Origin: an uncultured Peptostreptococcaceae bacterium
GTDB lineage: Bacteria; Bacillota; Clostridia; Peptostreptococcales; Acidaminobacteraceae
Length of the DNA stretch: 64,000 nt
Assembly: GCA_964342805.1 (NCBI GenBank)
Contig: CAYFHQ010000004.1
Coordinates: forward strand, 5,670 to 69,669
Reading direction: 5' to 3'
Part shown: positions 22,412-30,318 of the stretch, one piece after another
Layout: the number at the start of each line of letters is the position of its first letter
Position numbering within the stretch: the stretch's first letter is position 1
The notes under the pieces: model-generated
What the model was told of the DNA's origin: nothing
The model's database searches: none
The model's input: the letters and a program-made list of their open reading frames with translations, nothing else
Made by a program: the position numbers and the translations under genes

Positions 22412-23800
22412 ATGCAGTACGGGCTAAAATATGGCTTTAAAACAGACCTGGTAGAAAAAGTAAAGGTAGAGAACATGATCAATCAAAAAACAATTAGAGA
22501 AGCCAGAAAACTCTATCTAGAGAGGGGATCTCTCAGGAGAAATGACATTAGAGAGATCATAACCTACTCGTGGGTGAGAAGTCGCCTTCTGGGATTAAAA
22601 GGAAACGAAAAGCCGATACCCAGTTTCTCAAAATCGATCATACCTGATCAAGTAAAAAAGAAACTCCACATTTTGAATGATCAAAATCCAGGCGTTCAGT
22701 TTGTACTTTGTGATCAAAAAGGTCGAGTTGTCTATCATGCAAACACAGCAGTGCCAACTACAAATTTTTCTGAAGATATGATCGGTACCAATGGTATTGG
22801 CCTTGCCGCTATTGATGGAAAAAATCGTCACGTTGTTGGTCATGAACATTATAATGACCACTTGGCAGACTATACGACTGTGGGCCTTGTAGCGATTGAT
22901 GCCTTTAATGGCTTTCTTCTTGGATGTATCTTGTCTGTAGGATATGAAAATTTCGACTTGGCAGAGCTTGAACAATGGGTCATAAATACTTTGTCTGTTA
23001 GTCCAGATTTATCAAACACCTTAGGCAGGTGGCCTGTAAGTAACAAAGATCATCAAAGCAATGAAACAAGCCAGTCCGTTGAAAGACAGCAGACGATTCA
23101 TTCAAGTCAATCTAGAGCGGTAGAGCCAGCAGAGTCCAACCCTATCCCTGTAGAAAGCCCTACACAGCCTAGGCTAGTTTACCTGGCAGATCCATTAGAC
23201 CTTGTTTTGGATGCTGCTTGGAAAAGCCATGGGACGGAAATTCGCGGCTTCTTTTATGTGGATTTTAAAAGGGTTTCCTATAATCAGTTTTTTATTCAAT
23301 GGTTTGAGGAGCGATTGATAGAGGCCTATGAGCGAGAACATAAGTTCACAATGACATGTGTCAATATGGGACACTTCACAGGAGAAAGCACAAGTCACAT
23401 TGACTTAATTGAAGACTGTAAGCGTGTTTACAGAAAGCTAGCTAAAGCCTCTGAATCAAAGGCTTTAGACGTATCAATATTCATCAAAAGTGACAATGAG
23501 TTAACCAACAAAGAGTTAACTGGTTTACAGACTAGTTTACATCAACTTACAGAAAAAAGGGACCGATTGGAGTCGAGTGTAAAGCAAGAAAAAGAACAAG
23601 TGTCCCAAAATGAGACGCTCGACATAGGAGGGGATGACTCTCCACTTATTGATAGTGAGGTGTACTGTTTACGGACACTTGAGGAGCAGGCCATTGAACG
23701 TGCTATCCAGGTTTCCAATGGGAACTTGGTACAAGCGGCTAAGCTATTGGAAATCAGTCGTAGCACCCTATACAGGAAATTGGACAAGATGAGTCAGTAG
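22412..23800 (+). CDS. GAF-like sensor / Fis-type HTH transcriptional regulator lacking a recognisable sigma-54 AAA+ core
   Basis: 462 aa (an alternative start at ATG 22475 is possible). AcoR/PrpR-style N-terminus (IREIITYSWVRSRLLG; GTNGIGLAAIDGKNRHVVGHEHY). C-terminal Fis HTH (LEEQAIERAIQVSNGNLVQAAKLLEISRSTLYRKL). No GxxGxGK[ST] or GAFTGA anywhere. Confidence 0.6.
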   Translation: MQYGLKYGFKTDLVEKVKVENMINQKTIREARKLYLERGSLRRNDIREIITYSWVRSRLLGLKGNEKPIPSFSKSIIPDQVKKKLHILNDQNPGVQFVLCDQKGRVVYHANTAVPTTNFSEDMIGTNGIGLAAIDGKNRHVVGHEHYNDHLADYTTVGLVAIDAFNGFLLGCILSVGYENFDLAELEQWVINTLSVSPDLSNTLGRWPVSNKDHQSNETSQSVERQQTIHSSQSRAVEPAESNPIPVESPTQPRLVYLADPLDLVLDAAWKSHGTEIRGFFYVDFKRVSYNQFFIQWFEERLIEAYEREHKFTMTCVNMGHFTGESTSHIDLIEDCKRVYRKLAKASESKALDVSIFIKSDNELTNKELTGLQTSLHQLTEKRDRLESSVKQEKEQVSQNETLDIGGDDSPLIDSEVYCLRTLEEQAIERAIQVSNGNLVQAAKLLEISRSTLYRKLDKMSQ

Positions 23801-23826
23801 AAAATTACAGTCAAAGATTGTACGAA

Positions 23827-23857
23827 AGTGGGACAGTGTCCCACTTTTATTTTTTTG
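23827..23857 (+). terminator. rho-independent terminator after the regulator
   Basis: Stem AGTGGGAC / GTCCCACT, loop AGT, tail TTTATTTTTTT. Confidence 0.75.
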
Positions 23858-24039
23858 ATACAAAGACCTCTGACAAGGAGTTGAAAAAAAAAGAAAGAGA
23901 ATACGGTGTTGTAAATTGATTTACACCACAAAGTTGACTAAAATTAAAAGTATGAAAAGGATATTCTATGAACCGCATAGAAATCAATGAGAGAGTCCGT
24001 TAACAGTAAATTAACTAACCAATTGGAGGTGGAGATTAA

Positions 24040-24570
24040 ATGAAGATCAGTCAAGTAGCTGAAACATTACATATCGAAACCTACGTTGTCTATGAGAACT
24101 TACGCCTACATGAAGAAGAACTTCAAGCACATGTTCATAAAAAGAATGGTATTGTCCACTTAGATGAGCATGGCGTATCAAAACTAAAGCGTATACTTAA
24201 GGGTGAAGTAATTGAACTGGACGACGTAAAAAAGAGCACACATCAAAAAGCTGACCAAGAAGTCCACGTCGACGGCGAAATCATGGAATCGGAGGAGTGG
24301 CTAACTACAGAGGAAGCTATTTTACTACATGATGAAAAAAACAAGATCCGCGACCAAATCCGTGCCTTAAGAAATGAAATGCTGCAACTGGAACATGAGG
24401 GTCAACGTTTGGATGAATCGATTAACCACTATGTACAGCAACTAGTTGAGTCAAGTGATAAAGTGCAACCGGTTGAGGAGGAGACTAAAAAAGAAAGTAA
24501 AACGTCTCCAGCAGATATTTTATTGAATGACGATGGGGACAAGGGGATATTGTCCTTCTTAAAACGGTAG
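24040..24570 (+). CDS. hypothetical HTH (MerR/excisionase-like) plus coiled-coil protein, paralogue 1
   Basis: 176 aa, GGAGGTGGAG RBS. N-terminal ISQVAETLHIETYVVYENLRLHEEELQAHVHKKNGIVHLDEHGV. Heptad-rich, acidic C-terminus. Confidence 0.55.
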   Translation: MKISQVAETLHIETYVVYENLRLHEEELQAHVHKKNGIVHLDEHGVSKLKRILKGEVIELDDVKKSTHQKADQEVHVDGEIMESEEWLTTEEAILLHDEKNKIRDQIRALRNEMLQLEHEGQRLDESINHYVQQLVESSDKVQPVEEETKKESKTSPADILLNDDGDKGILSFLKR

Positions 24571-24579
24571 GTGGTGGGT

Positions 24580-25005
24580 ATGGAAGAAAAACTCTATCGC
24601 GTGATCGAGGCCGCTAATATTCTAGGTGTCAGTAAAGTCACGATCTACAAAAAACTTTCCAAGTATAAAAAAGAGCTGCGAGCACATGTGATTAAAAGAA
24701 GCAACATCACCTATTTACAGGAAGAGGCCATTAATTTCATTAGGGAGTCCTTGATTGACAATGCAGTCATTGTCCCGAATGAAGGTCAATCTCAGGAAGT
24801 CATTCGATTAAAGCAAGACCAAGAAATCATGCACATGAATTTGGCAAAGGTGAACGACGCTCTTTTAGATGTACATACTGAACACATAGAAGACCTACAA
24901 TGGATTGTTCAGGTGGTTCAAAAGCAAGTTCAAATAAAGAAACGGCAAAATGAGCAAAAGAAGCAAATGATTCTAAAGTTGAAAGATTTAGTGAAGCAAG
25001 CGTAG
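24580..25005 (+). CDS. hypothetical HTH (MerR/excisionase-like) plus coiled-coil protein, paralogue 2
   Basis: ATG 24580 (the ORF track starts at GTG 24571, immediately after the upstream stop). LYRVIEAANILGVSKVTIYKKLSKYKKELRAHVIKRSNITYLQEEAI parallels the N-terminus of the upstream gene. K/Q-rich helical tail. Confidence 0.55.
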   Translation: MEEKLYRVIEAANILGVSKVTIYKKLSKYKKELRAHVIKRSNITYLQEEAINFIRESLIDNAVIVPNEGQSQEVIRLKQDQEIMHMNLAKVNDALLDVHTEHIEDLQWIVQVVQKQVQIKKRQNEQKKQMILKLKDLVKQA

Positions 25006-25084
25006 GCATACTTGGCTATCAAAATCGGCATCGAATCGTGTAAACGGTACCCAATAGATGCACAGAGAAATGGAGGAATGACAG

Positions 25085-25765
25085 GTGGTTGGTAAAAAGT
25101 CAATCTTTGAAAAGTTAGGACTGGTTGAACCAGTTGAAGAAAATGAAAATCCTGTTATAGCAGAAACAGAAGAAGAAATTGTGGTGGAGGAGCAAGTGAT
25201 TCCGTCATTTACACCCGAAGTGGAAGAAACAAAACCCCTTACTGAAGCATTGCAAGAGGTAGAGCAACAAGCAGAGTTGGGGCGTGAAGAAGCATCCATG
25301 CAGATTGAAGACAAATTAGAAGAACTAATCGGTGCTTATGAGAAAAACAAACTCCTTACTATAGAAGATATCTATAGAACGAACCGCATGGAAACAGACG
25401 CAAAAAGAACGATCTTTATGGCAGACGTACTAAAAAACACTCTACCAGATAACCTACCGATTGACATGAAGCGCGAATCTGTACTGAACATCATGAACGT
25501 GTCTCAAATCAATATGGATCAGTTGCTGAATGATGCCTACAAGCGGATTGATGCCTTGAACAAGGTAATGGAGGACACAGCTCAAACAACCGAGGACGTT
25601 GTGCAGAAGAACGAAGCTTCCATTCGTGAGTTAGAGTCAAGAATCCGTGAGTTAAGAGAAATGGTGACAACACGTCAGAAGTTTACTGAAGATCAAAACT
25701 CCTTGATCGAATATGAGATCCAACGGGTGATTGGTATTGTTGACTTCATAAAGCCAAAGAAATAG
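25085..25765 (+). CDS. hypothetical acidic coiled-coil protein with short amphipathic N-terminus
   Basis: 226 aa, GTG start 7 nt after GGAGGA. N-terminus KKSIFEKLGLVE, then an E/V/P-rich acidic linker, then a helical C-terminal half. No family recognised. Confidence 0.5.
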   Translation: MVGKKSIFEKLGLVEPVEENENPVIAETEEEIVVEEQVIPSFTPEVEETKPLTEALQEVEQQAELGREEASMQIEDKLEELIGAYEKNKLLTIEDIYRTNRMETDAKRTIFMADVLKNTLPDNLPIDMKRESVLNIMNVSQINMDQLLNDAYKRIDALNKVMEDTAQTTEDVVQKNEASIRELESRIRELREMVTTRQKFTEDQNSLIEYEIQRVIGIVDFIKPKK

Positions 25766-25792
25766 GGTTTAGCGTAGGGGATGTGAGAAAGC

Positions 25793-26524
25793 ATGAAACG
25801 AAAATACAGAGTGACGACAAGAGGGTGGATTGTATTCTCCCTGACAGCACTGCTCATTCTTTACGCCATTGTCCAAGGTGTCCAGTTCTTAAGTAGTCCT
25901 CCACAAAATCAGGAAGGGCTAGGTGAACAAGTCAATCCAGGACAGAGTGTTGAAGGATCACCAAATACGATCACAGAAAACACGAACGTGGCCCAGGAAC
26001 CTGAGGTGGAAGTTCAAGAAGAAATCACACCAGAAGAGGACACCAAAGGAACCACAAGTGAAGTAATTTCACCGGAAGACCAAGCTGGATCGTCGGGTCA
26101 ACCTGAAAATTTAGAAAAGAACATTGAGATAGATTTATCAGAGGATATGATCACCATATACTTTGAACCCGATAGTTATCGTATATTGGACGCTTTTGTT
26201 GCGGACCTACGTCAGTTTGCAGAAACAGCAAAATCCCATTCGGACCAGTTAATTGTTATTGAAGGAAATCAAAATAGCATTGGTGATGATGTGGAAAAAG
26301 ACAAAATTTATGGTGACGACTTATCTCAAATTCGGGCAAAAAAAATTGAGCAATTCCTGCTCGATGCGGGTATTGAAAAAGGACAGCTTACCATTGTTAG
26401 CAATGGCAATACCAAACCGATACATAATAGTTTAAATCCTGAGGATGTGAGGCTGAATCGAAGGGTGGATGTTTATTTTCTTCATTTTCCACCAAAAGAG
26501 TCTGACATGCCAAATAACAAATAG
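25793..26524 (+). CDS. membrane-anchored OmpA/MotB-like peptidoglycan-binding protein
   Basis: 243 aa. N-terminal TM (WIVFSLTALLILYAIV), E/P/Q-rich linker, C-terminal OmpA_C pattern (IYFEPDSYRILD.., IEGNQNSIG, LSQIRAKKIEQFL, NRRVDVYF). Confidence 0.75.
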   Translation: MKRKYRVTTRGWIVFSLTALLILYAIVQGVQFLSSPPQNQEGLGEQVNPGQSVEGSPNTITENTNVAQEPEVEVQEEITPEEDTKGTTSEVISPEDQAGSSGQPENLEKNIEIDLSEDMITIYFEPDSYRILDAFVADLRQFAETAKSHSDQLIVIEGNQNSIGDDVEKDKIYGDDLSQIRAKKIEQFLLDAGIEKGQLTIVSNGNTKPIHNSLNPEDVRLNRRVDVYFLHFPPKESDMPNNK

Positions 26525-26525
26525 T

Positions 26526-26541
26526 TATTTCCCGGGAAATA
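26526..26541. promoter_or_regulatory. Noc-binding site (NBS) palindrome, perfect consensus
   Basis: TATTTCCCGGGAAATA. The B. subtilis NBS consensus is (T)ATTTCCCGGGAAAT(A). Lies between the OmpA-like gene stop and tRNA-Arg. Confidence 0.75.
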
Positions 26542-26548
26542 TAAACCC

Positions 26549-26625
26549 GCACCTGTAGCTCAGCAGGATAGAGCAGCCGCCTCCTAAGCGGCAGGTCGAA
26601 GGTTCGACTCCTTTCAGGTGCGCCA
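26549..26625 (+). tRNA. tRNA-Arg (anticodon CCT)
   Basis: Hand-folded cloverleaf. Acceptor GCACCTG/CAGGTGC, D stem GCTC/GAGC, anticodon stem GCCGC/GCGGC with loop CTCCTAA, T loop TTCGACT, encoded CCA. Confidence 0.95.
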
Positions 26626-26630
26626 AAGAA

Positions 26631-26671
26631 CAGGAACTCTCACTTTGTGAAAGTTCCTGATTTTTTTTTTT
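26631..26671 (+). terminator. rho-independent terminator after tRNA-Arg
   Basis: Stem CAGGAACT / AGTTCCTG, then a T11 run. Confidence 0.75.
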
Positions 26672-26679
26672 GAAAATCC

Positions 26680-26708
26680 TTGCGAATGAAGTTCGGGTAT
26701 TGTATAAT
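26680..26708 (+). promoter_or_regulatory. sigma-A-type promoter for tadA / tRNA-Ser / SRP RNA
   Basis: TTGCGA (26680-26685), 17 nt spacer, TATAAT (26703-26708). Confidence 0.55.
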
Positions 26709-26739
26709 CAATTTTGTCGGTAACGAACGGAGCGATCCT

Positions 26740-27189
26740 ATGCATGAAAAGTTCATGGCACTTGCTTTAGAAGAAGCACAAAAAGCAGCTGCAATCGGAG
26801 AAGTTCCAATTGGAGCAGTCATTGTTCAAAATGGCATTGTTGTTGGAAGAGGTCATAACCTTAGAGAAACAACAAAAGATCCAACTGCCCATGCCGAAAT
26901 GATTGCCATTCAAGACGCTGCAAAGCAATTAGGTGGTTGGCGATTGATTCAGTGTGAAATGTATGTTACCATTGAGCCATGTCCCATGTGTGCTGGTGCC
27001 ATATTCCAATCAAGAATCGACAAGCTATACATCGGTTCGATGGATCCCAAGGGTGGTGCTGTAGGTTCTCTCTACAACATTGTTCAAGACCAGCGACTCA
27101 ACCATCAGGTTGAAGTAGAAACAGGGATATTACAAGAAGCTTGCTCCAGTGTAATGAAAGAATTTTTCAGAGCACTGCGCAATAAATAG
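26740..27189 (+). CDS. tadA: tRNA adenosine(34) deaminase TadA
   Basis: ATG 26740 inside ORF 26680..27189. CDA zinc motifs HAEMIAI and PCPMCAG. 149 aa. Confidence 0.93.
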   Translation: MHEKFMALALEEAQKAAAIGEVPIGAVIVQNGIVVGRGHNLRETTKDPTAHAEMIAIQDAAKQLGGWRLIQCEMYVTIEPCPMCAGAIFQSRIDKLYIGSMDPKGGAVGSLYNIVQDQRLNHQVEVETGILQEACSSVMKEFFRALRNK

Positions 27190-27193
27190 AAGT

Positions 27194-27282
27194 GGAGAGG
27201 TGTCCGAGTTGGCTAAGGGGCACGCCTGGAAAGCGTGTAATCCCGCAAGGGACCGCGGGTTCGAGTCCCGCCCTCTCCGCCA
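27194..27282 (+). tRNA. tRNA-Ser (anticodon GGA)
   Basis: Acceptor GGAGAGG/CCTCTCC, anticodon stem CACGC/GCGTG with loop CTGGAAA, long variable arm, T loop TTCGAGT, encoded CCA. Starts 4 nt after the tadA stop. Confidence 0.95.
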
Positions 27283-27299
27283 TTTTTATACCCAAATTT

Positions 27300-27573
27300 A
27301 AGTCTGCCGTGCTAGACGGGGAGGTAGCGGTGCCCTGTAACCTGCAATCCGCTATAGCAGGGTTGATGCTCAGCTGAGGGATTTTCCTGTGAGGTCTGCC
27401 CAGAACAAGTGGTGTTGAAAATTGGGTCCTGCGCAATAGAAACTTGTGAACCCTGTCAGGTCCGGAAGGAAGCAGCAGTAAGCGAGACCTTCTATGTGCC
27501 GCGGGGGTGCCTGATTTGAGCTAACGATTCTGGTAACGTTTGTAGGATTGTTTCGAAGCTGAGTGCACGGTTT
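27300..27573 (+). ncRNA. ffs: signal recognition particle RNA, large Bacillus type (scRNA with Alu domain)
   Basis: GCCGTGCTAGACGGGGAGGTAGCGGTGCCCTGTAACCTGCAATCCGC (Alu-domain 5' part), the invariant domain IV GTCAGGTCCGGAAGGAAGCAGC, and 3' ..GTGCACGGT pairing with the 5' end. Closely parallels B. subtilis scRNA (recalled from memory). Classic tadA-scr-dnaX context. Ends are approximate (+/-10 nt). Confidence 0.9.
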
Positions 27574-27681
27574 GAATTGAAACTCAAAGTCTGTTATGCA
27601 GGCTTTTTTTGTTTTTTGAAATTCTTTCGCAATCTATCCGAGTGCCTTATAATAGAAGATAGGGCCCATTGGAGGAAGATC

Positions 27682-30318
27682 ATGTCGAAAAAACAACTGC
27701 AAATATGTATTGCTGCCTACCTTCTGGCAATGATCATTCCAATCACGTTTTTAAATGTAATGATTCATCAGGAACAGGTTGCCTACAACAAGTATTTTTC
27801 AGAAACCTTGGTTGCCGATCAAATGGATCGTAAACAAGGCCAGTTTATGGAATGGATTAACCAAAAGAAAAAATATGTTGAGCAGACAAGCCTGGCCCTT
27901 GAAAACTATGTGCGGTTTTACGGATATAACGATACCCTCATTCCTCTACTTACGAGCATTAGCAAATCAGATCCTTCGCTCTTGCAGGTGTACCTCACAT
28001 CTGAATCAGGGCGTAACTTCATCTCAGAATATAAGACGCCTCGGGTCGATGGCCGAACACGACCTTGGTACATCCAAGCTATTCAGCAGGACCCATCCAG
28101 CGCGACTATATCAGAAATCTATCAGGATGTGATCACAAAAGATCGTGTCATTACTTTTTCAATCCCAATTGTCAATGCTGCCAAGGAAGCAACAGGGGTA
28201 ATTGGCTATGATATTACTCTTAATGAAGTTATCCAAACCCTTGAGGAAGACTCTCTAACAGCCATAGTCATCATTGATGAATATGGCAATGAACTCTACC
28301 ATTCATCCCTTGCAGACCAACTCAACTATTCCATACATTATGAGGACAAGGGGAACTATACCATTCAACATGACCAGGAGACCCTTTGGCATCAAAGTGC
28401 TTATGTTCTCACTGACTTAGGAGCGACTCTATTTTTTGTCCAGCCAATTGCTCAAATAGACAGGACTTACAAGGCTTCATCACAAGTGGATCAAGTGGCT
28501 CATTTCGCCTTGATTGCCCTACTTACAATCCTTTTAGTTAAGGTATTAACAGATCATTTAGGCAGACACATGGCAGTCATTACGAAAAGTGTAAACCAAT
28601 TAACCCCACCAGACCTTTCTGTCATAGCCATTCAGTTCCCAGGAGTGGATCAGGTTAGGAAACTGTTAAGTGACTTACGTGGTGAAATGGCTTTGGAAAT
28701 GAATGAATGGAAGGCCTTGGTCCAACATCAAAAGAGGATCGGTGAGGAGGCTGACCTTATTCAGTCAGCCATAGACGACAAAAATGAGGAAAAGCAGATC
28801 CTTAAAGAAGAGTTGGATAAGCTCCAAATCATATCGCGTACACTGGTTGAAAGCCTGCCAGACTACATTATTGTTTTTGACTTACACGGCCGTATATTGA
28901 ATATGAACCAGAAATTGAAGCAAGCCCTATGGAGTAGTGAAGAGGTGAATCCTCAGGAGTACACGGTAAGTCGGGTGTTTAAAGAGGCTCAAGGGGAGGC
29001 CCTTGAGGACTTCATGACCGTTTTAACCTCACGGGAATACAATGACTTAGAGCTGAATTTGCAGTTGGATCAACTAGCGCTTACAGAAGTGAAAGTCAAG
29101 ACCCACCGCTTAATGACAGACGAACGTATGATAGGCATACAAGCCATTTGTAAGGACATGTCGCAAAATCGTCAAATTCATCAGGAGATCTATCAGAGGA
29201 ACAAGGAAATCGAAATTGTGAATGATGTATCCAAACTCCTTGCTGCCTCAGATGATTTGGATAAGACCCTCCAGCGAATTGTAGACAAGGTCAGTTTGTT
29301 TTTGCATGCCTCTCTTTGTACCATTCGATTACTAACCCCTGACCAAAAACTCGTTCTCCATGCCTTTGCAGGCAGTACAGAACGAATGATCATCCAGGAC
29401 ACGCCAAGTAGTGAAGGGTCCCATATGGGGTGGTCCATCGCCCATAATGAAGTTTTACGCTTATATAGTCAATCAGACATGAAGTTCCATGACCCTGCCC
29501 TGGCAGATGCCATGGAAGAACTCCATGTGGTCGTGTATGTTCCTTTGGTTGCTCAAGGACAGTCTTATGGCGTTTTGGCTGTGACCAGTGATCATGACAT
29601 TTCCGATGAAGAAATTGAAATCCTTCAGTCACTGGCTGACCAAGCGGCCATTGCCATTGATAGAAAAAGGGTCTTTGATGAGCTTCGGTCACATTACTTC
29701 AAGACCATCGAAGCATTGGCAACAGCTGTAGAAGCCAAGGTACCAAACATGTCAGGCCACACAAAACGTGTTTCAGAGTTAGCGACGATGGTTGGCAAGA
29801 AACTCTATCTACGGCGGGACCAGCTGAGTGAGGTCCACATAGCAGGCCTTCTCCATGACATTGGTAAAATTGGCATCGAGGATCATGTCTTGTTATCAGG
29901 AGACACAGAGGACTCAGATACAATTGCGATTATTGACGCTCACCCTGCACAGTCAAAGAGCATACTATCGTCCATTGGTATTTCTGACACGATATTGCAG
30001 GGTATTTACTATCACCATAAACGTTATGATCTTAAGGGTTTCCCCTATGAGGACACAAGCATTACCTCCCAGCCCCTATTGGCACGCATTATCCAGGTTG
30101 TCGATAACTTGGACAGTATATTACTTCATGACCAAGACCAAGTGAGGATGGAGACTTTAGAGATGGCCTACCAGCGCTTGCAAAAAGAAAGTGGTACAGC
30201 CTATTGCCCTGAGATCATCAAAGTTGTTGGTGAACTCATTGCTGAGAGCCCTCTTGATATTTTGCAGTTGTATGCTGTTGAGAGTATAAAGGAGGGCATG
30301 CGGCATGAAATTTCGTAA
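27682..30318 (+). CDS. membrane sensor protein: dCache-HAMP-PAS-GAF-HD-GYP (variant GFP motif) cyclic-di-GMP phosphodiesterase family
   Basis: ATG 27682 after GGAGGA (the ORF track start 27577 would overlap the SRP RNA 3' region). Cache motif DGRTRPWY. HD domain HTKRVSEL..LLHDIGKIGI..YHHKRYDLKGFPYED, so the canonical HHExxDGxGYP reads DL-KGFP. Confidence 0.85.
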   Translation: MSKKQLQICIAAYLLAMIIPITFLNVMIHQEQVAYNKYFSETLVADQMDRKQGQFMEWINQKKKYVEQTSLALENYVRFYGYNDTLIPLLTSISKSDPSLLQVYLTSESGRNFISEYKTPRVDGRTRPWYIQAIQQDPSSATISEIYQDVITKDRVITFSIPIVNAAKEATGVIGYDITLNEVIQTLEEDSLTAIVIIDEYGNELYHSSLADQLNYSIHYEDKGNYTIQHDQETLWHQSAYVLTDLGATLFFVQPIAQIDRTYKASSQVDQVAHFALIALLTILLVKVLTDHLGRHMAVITKSVNQLTPPDLSVIAIQFPGVDQVRKLLSDLRGEMALEMNEWKALVQHQKRIGEEADLIQSAIDDKNEEKQILKEELDKLQIISRTLVESLPDYIIVFDLHGRILNMNQKLKQALWSSEEVNPQEYTVSRVFKEAQGEALEDFMTVLTSREYNDLELNLQLDQLALTEVKVKTHRLMTDERMIGIQAICKDMSQNRQIHQEIYQRNKEIEIVNDVSKLLAASDDLDKTLQRIVDKVSLFLHASLCTIRLLTPDQKLVLHAFAGSTERMIIQDTPSSEGSHMGWSIAHNEVLRLYSQSDMKFHDPALADAMEELHVVVYVPLVAQGQSYGVLAVTSDHDISDEEIEILQSLADQAAIAIDRKRVFDELRSHYFKTIEALATAVEAKVPNMSGHTKRVSELATMVGKKLYLRRDQLSEVHIAGLLHDIGKIGIEDHVLLSGDTEDSDTIAIIDAHPAQSKSILSSIGISDTILQGIYYHHKRYDLKGFPYEDTSITSQPLLARIIQVVDNLDSILLHDQDQVRMETLEMAYQRLQKESGTAYCPEIIKVVGELIAESPLDILQLYAVESIKEGMRHEIS

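Noticed and set aside
24040-26625. Idea that the HTH/HTH/coiled-coil/OmpA block is a tRNA-targeted integrative element or prophage remnant
   Set aside because: I found no integrase, recombinase, transposase or phage structural gene. I found no direct repeat of the tRNA-Arg 3' end. The block lies upstream (5') of the tRNA rather than at its 3' end.
27167-27436. ORFs 27167-27436 (-) and 27192-27377 (+)
   Set aside because: They overlap tRNA-Ser and the 5' half of the SRP RNA. The RNA genes explain the region completely.
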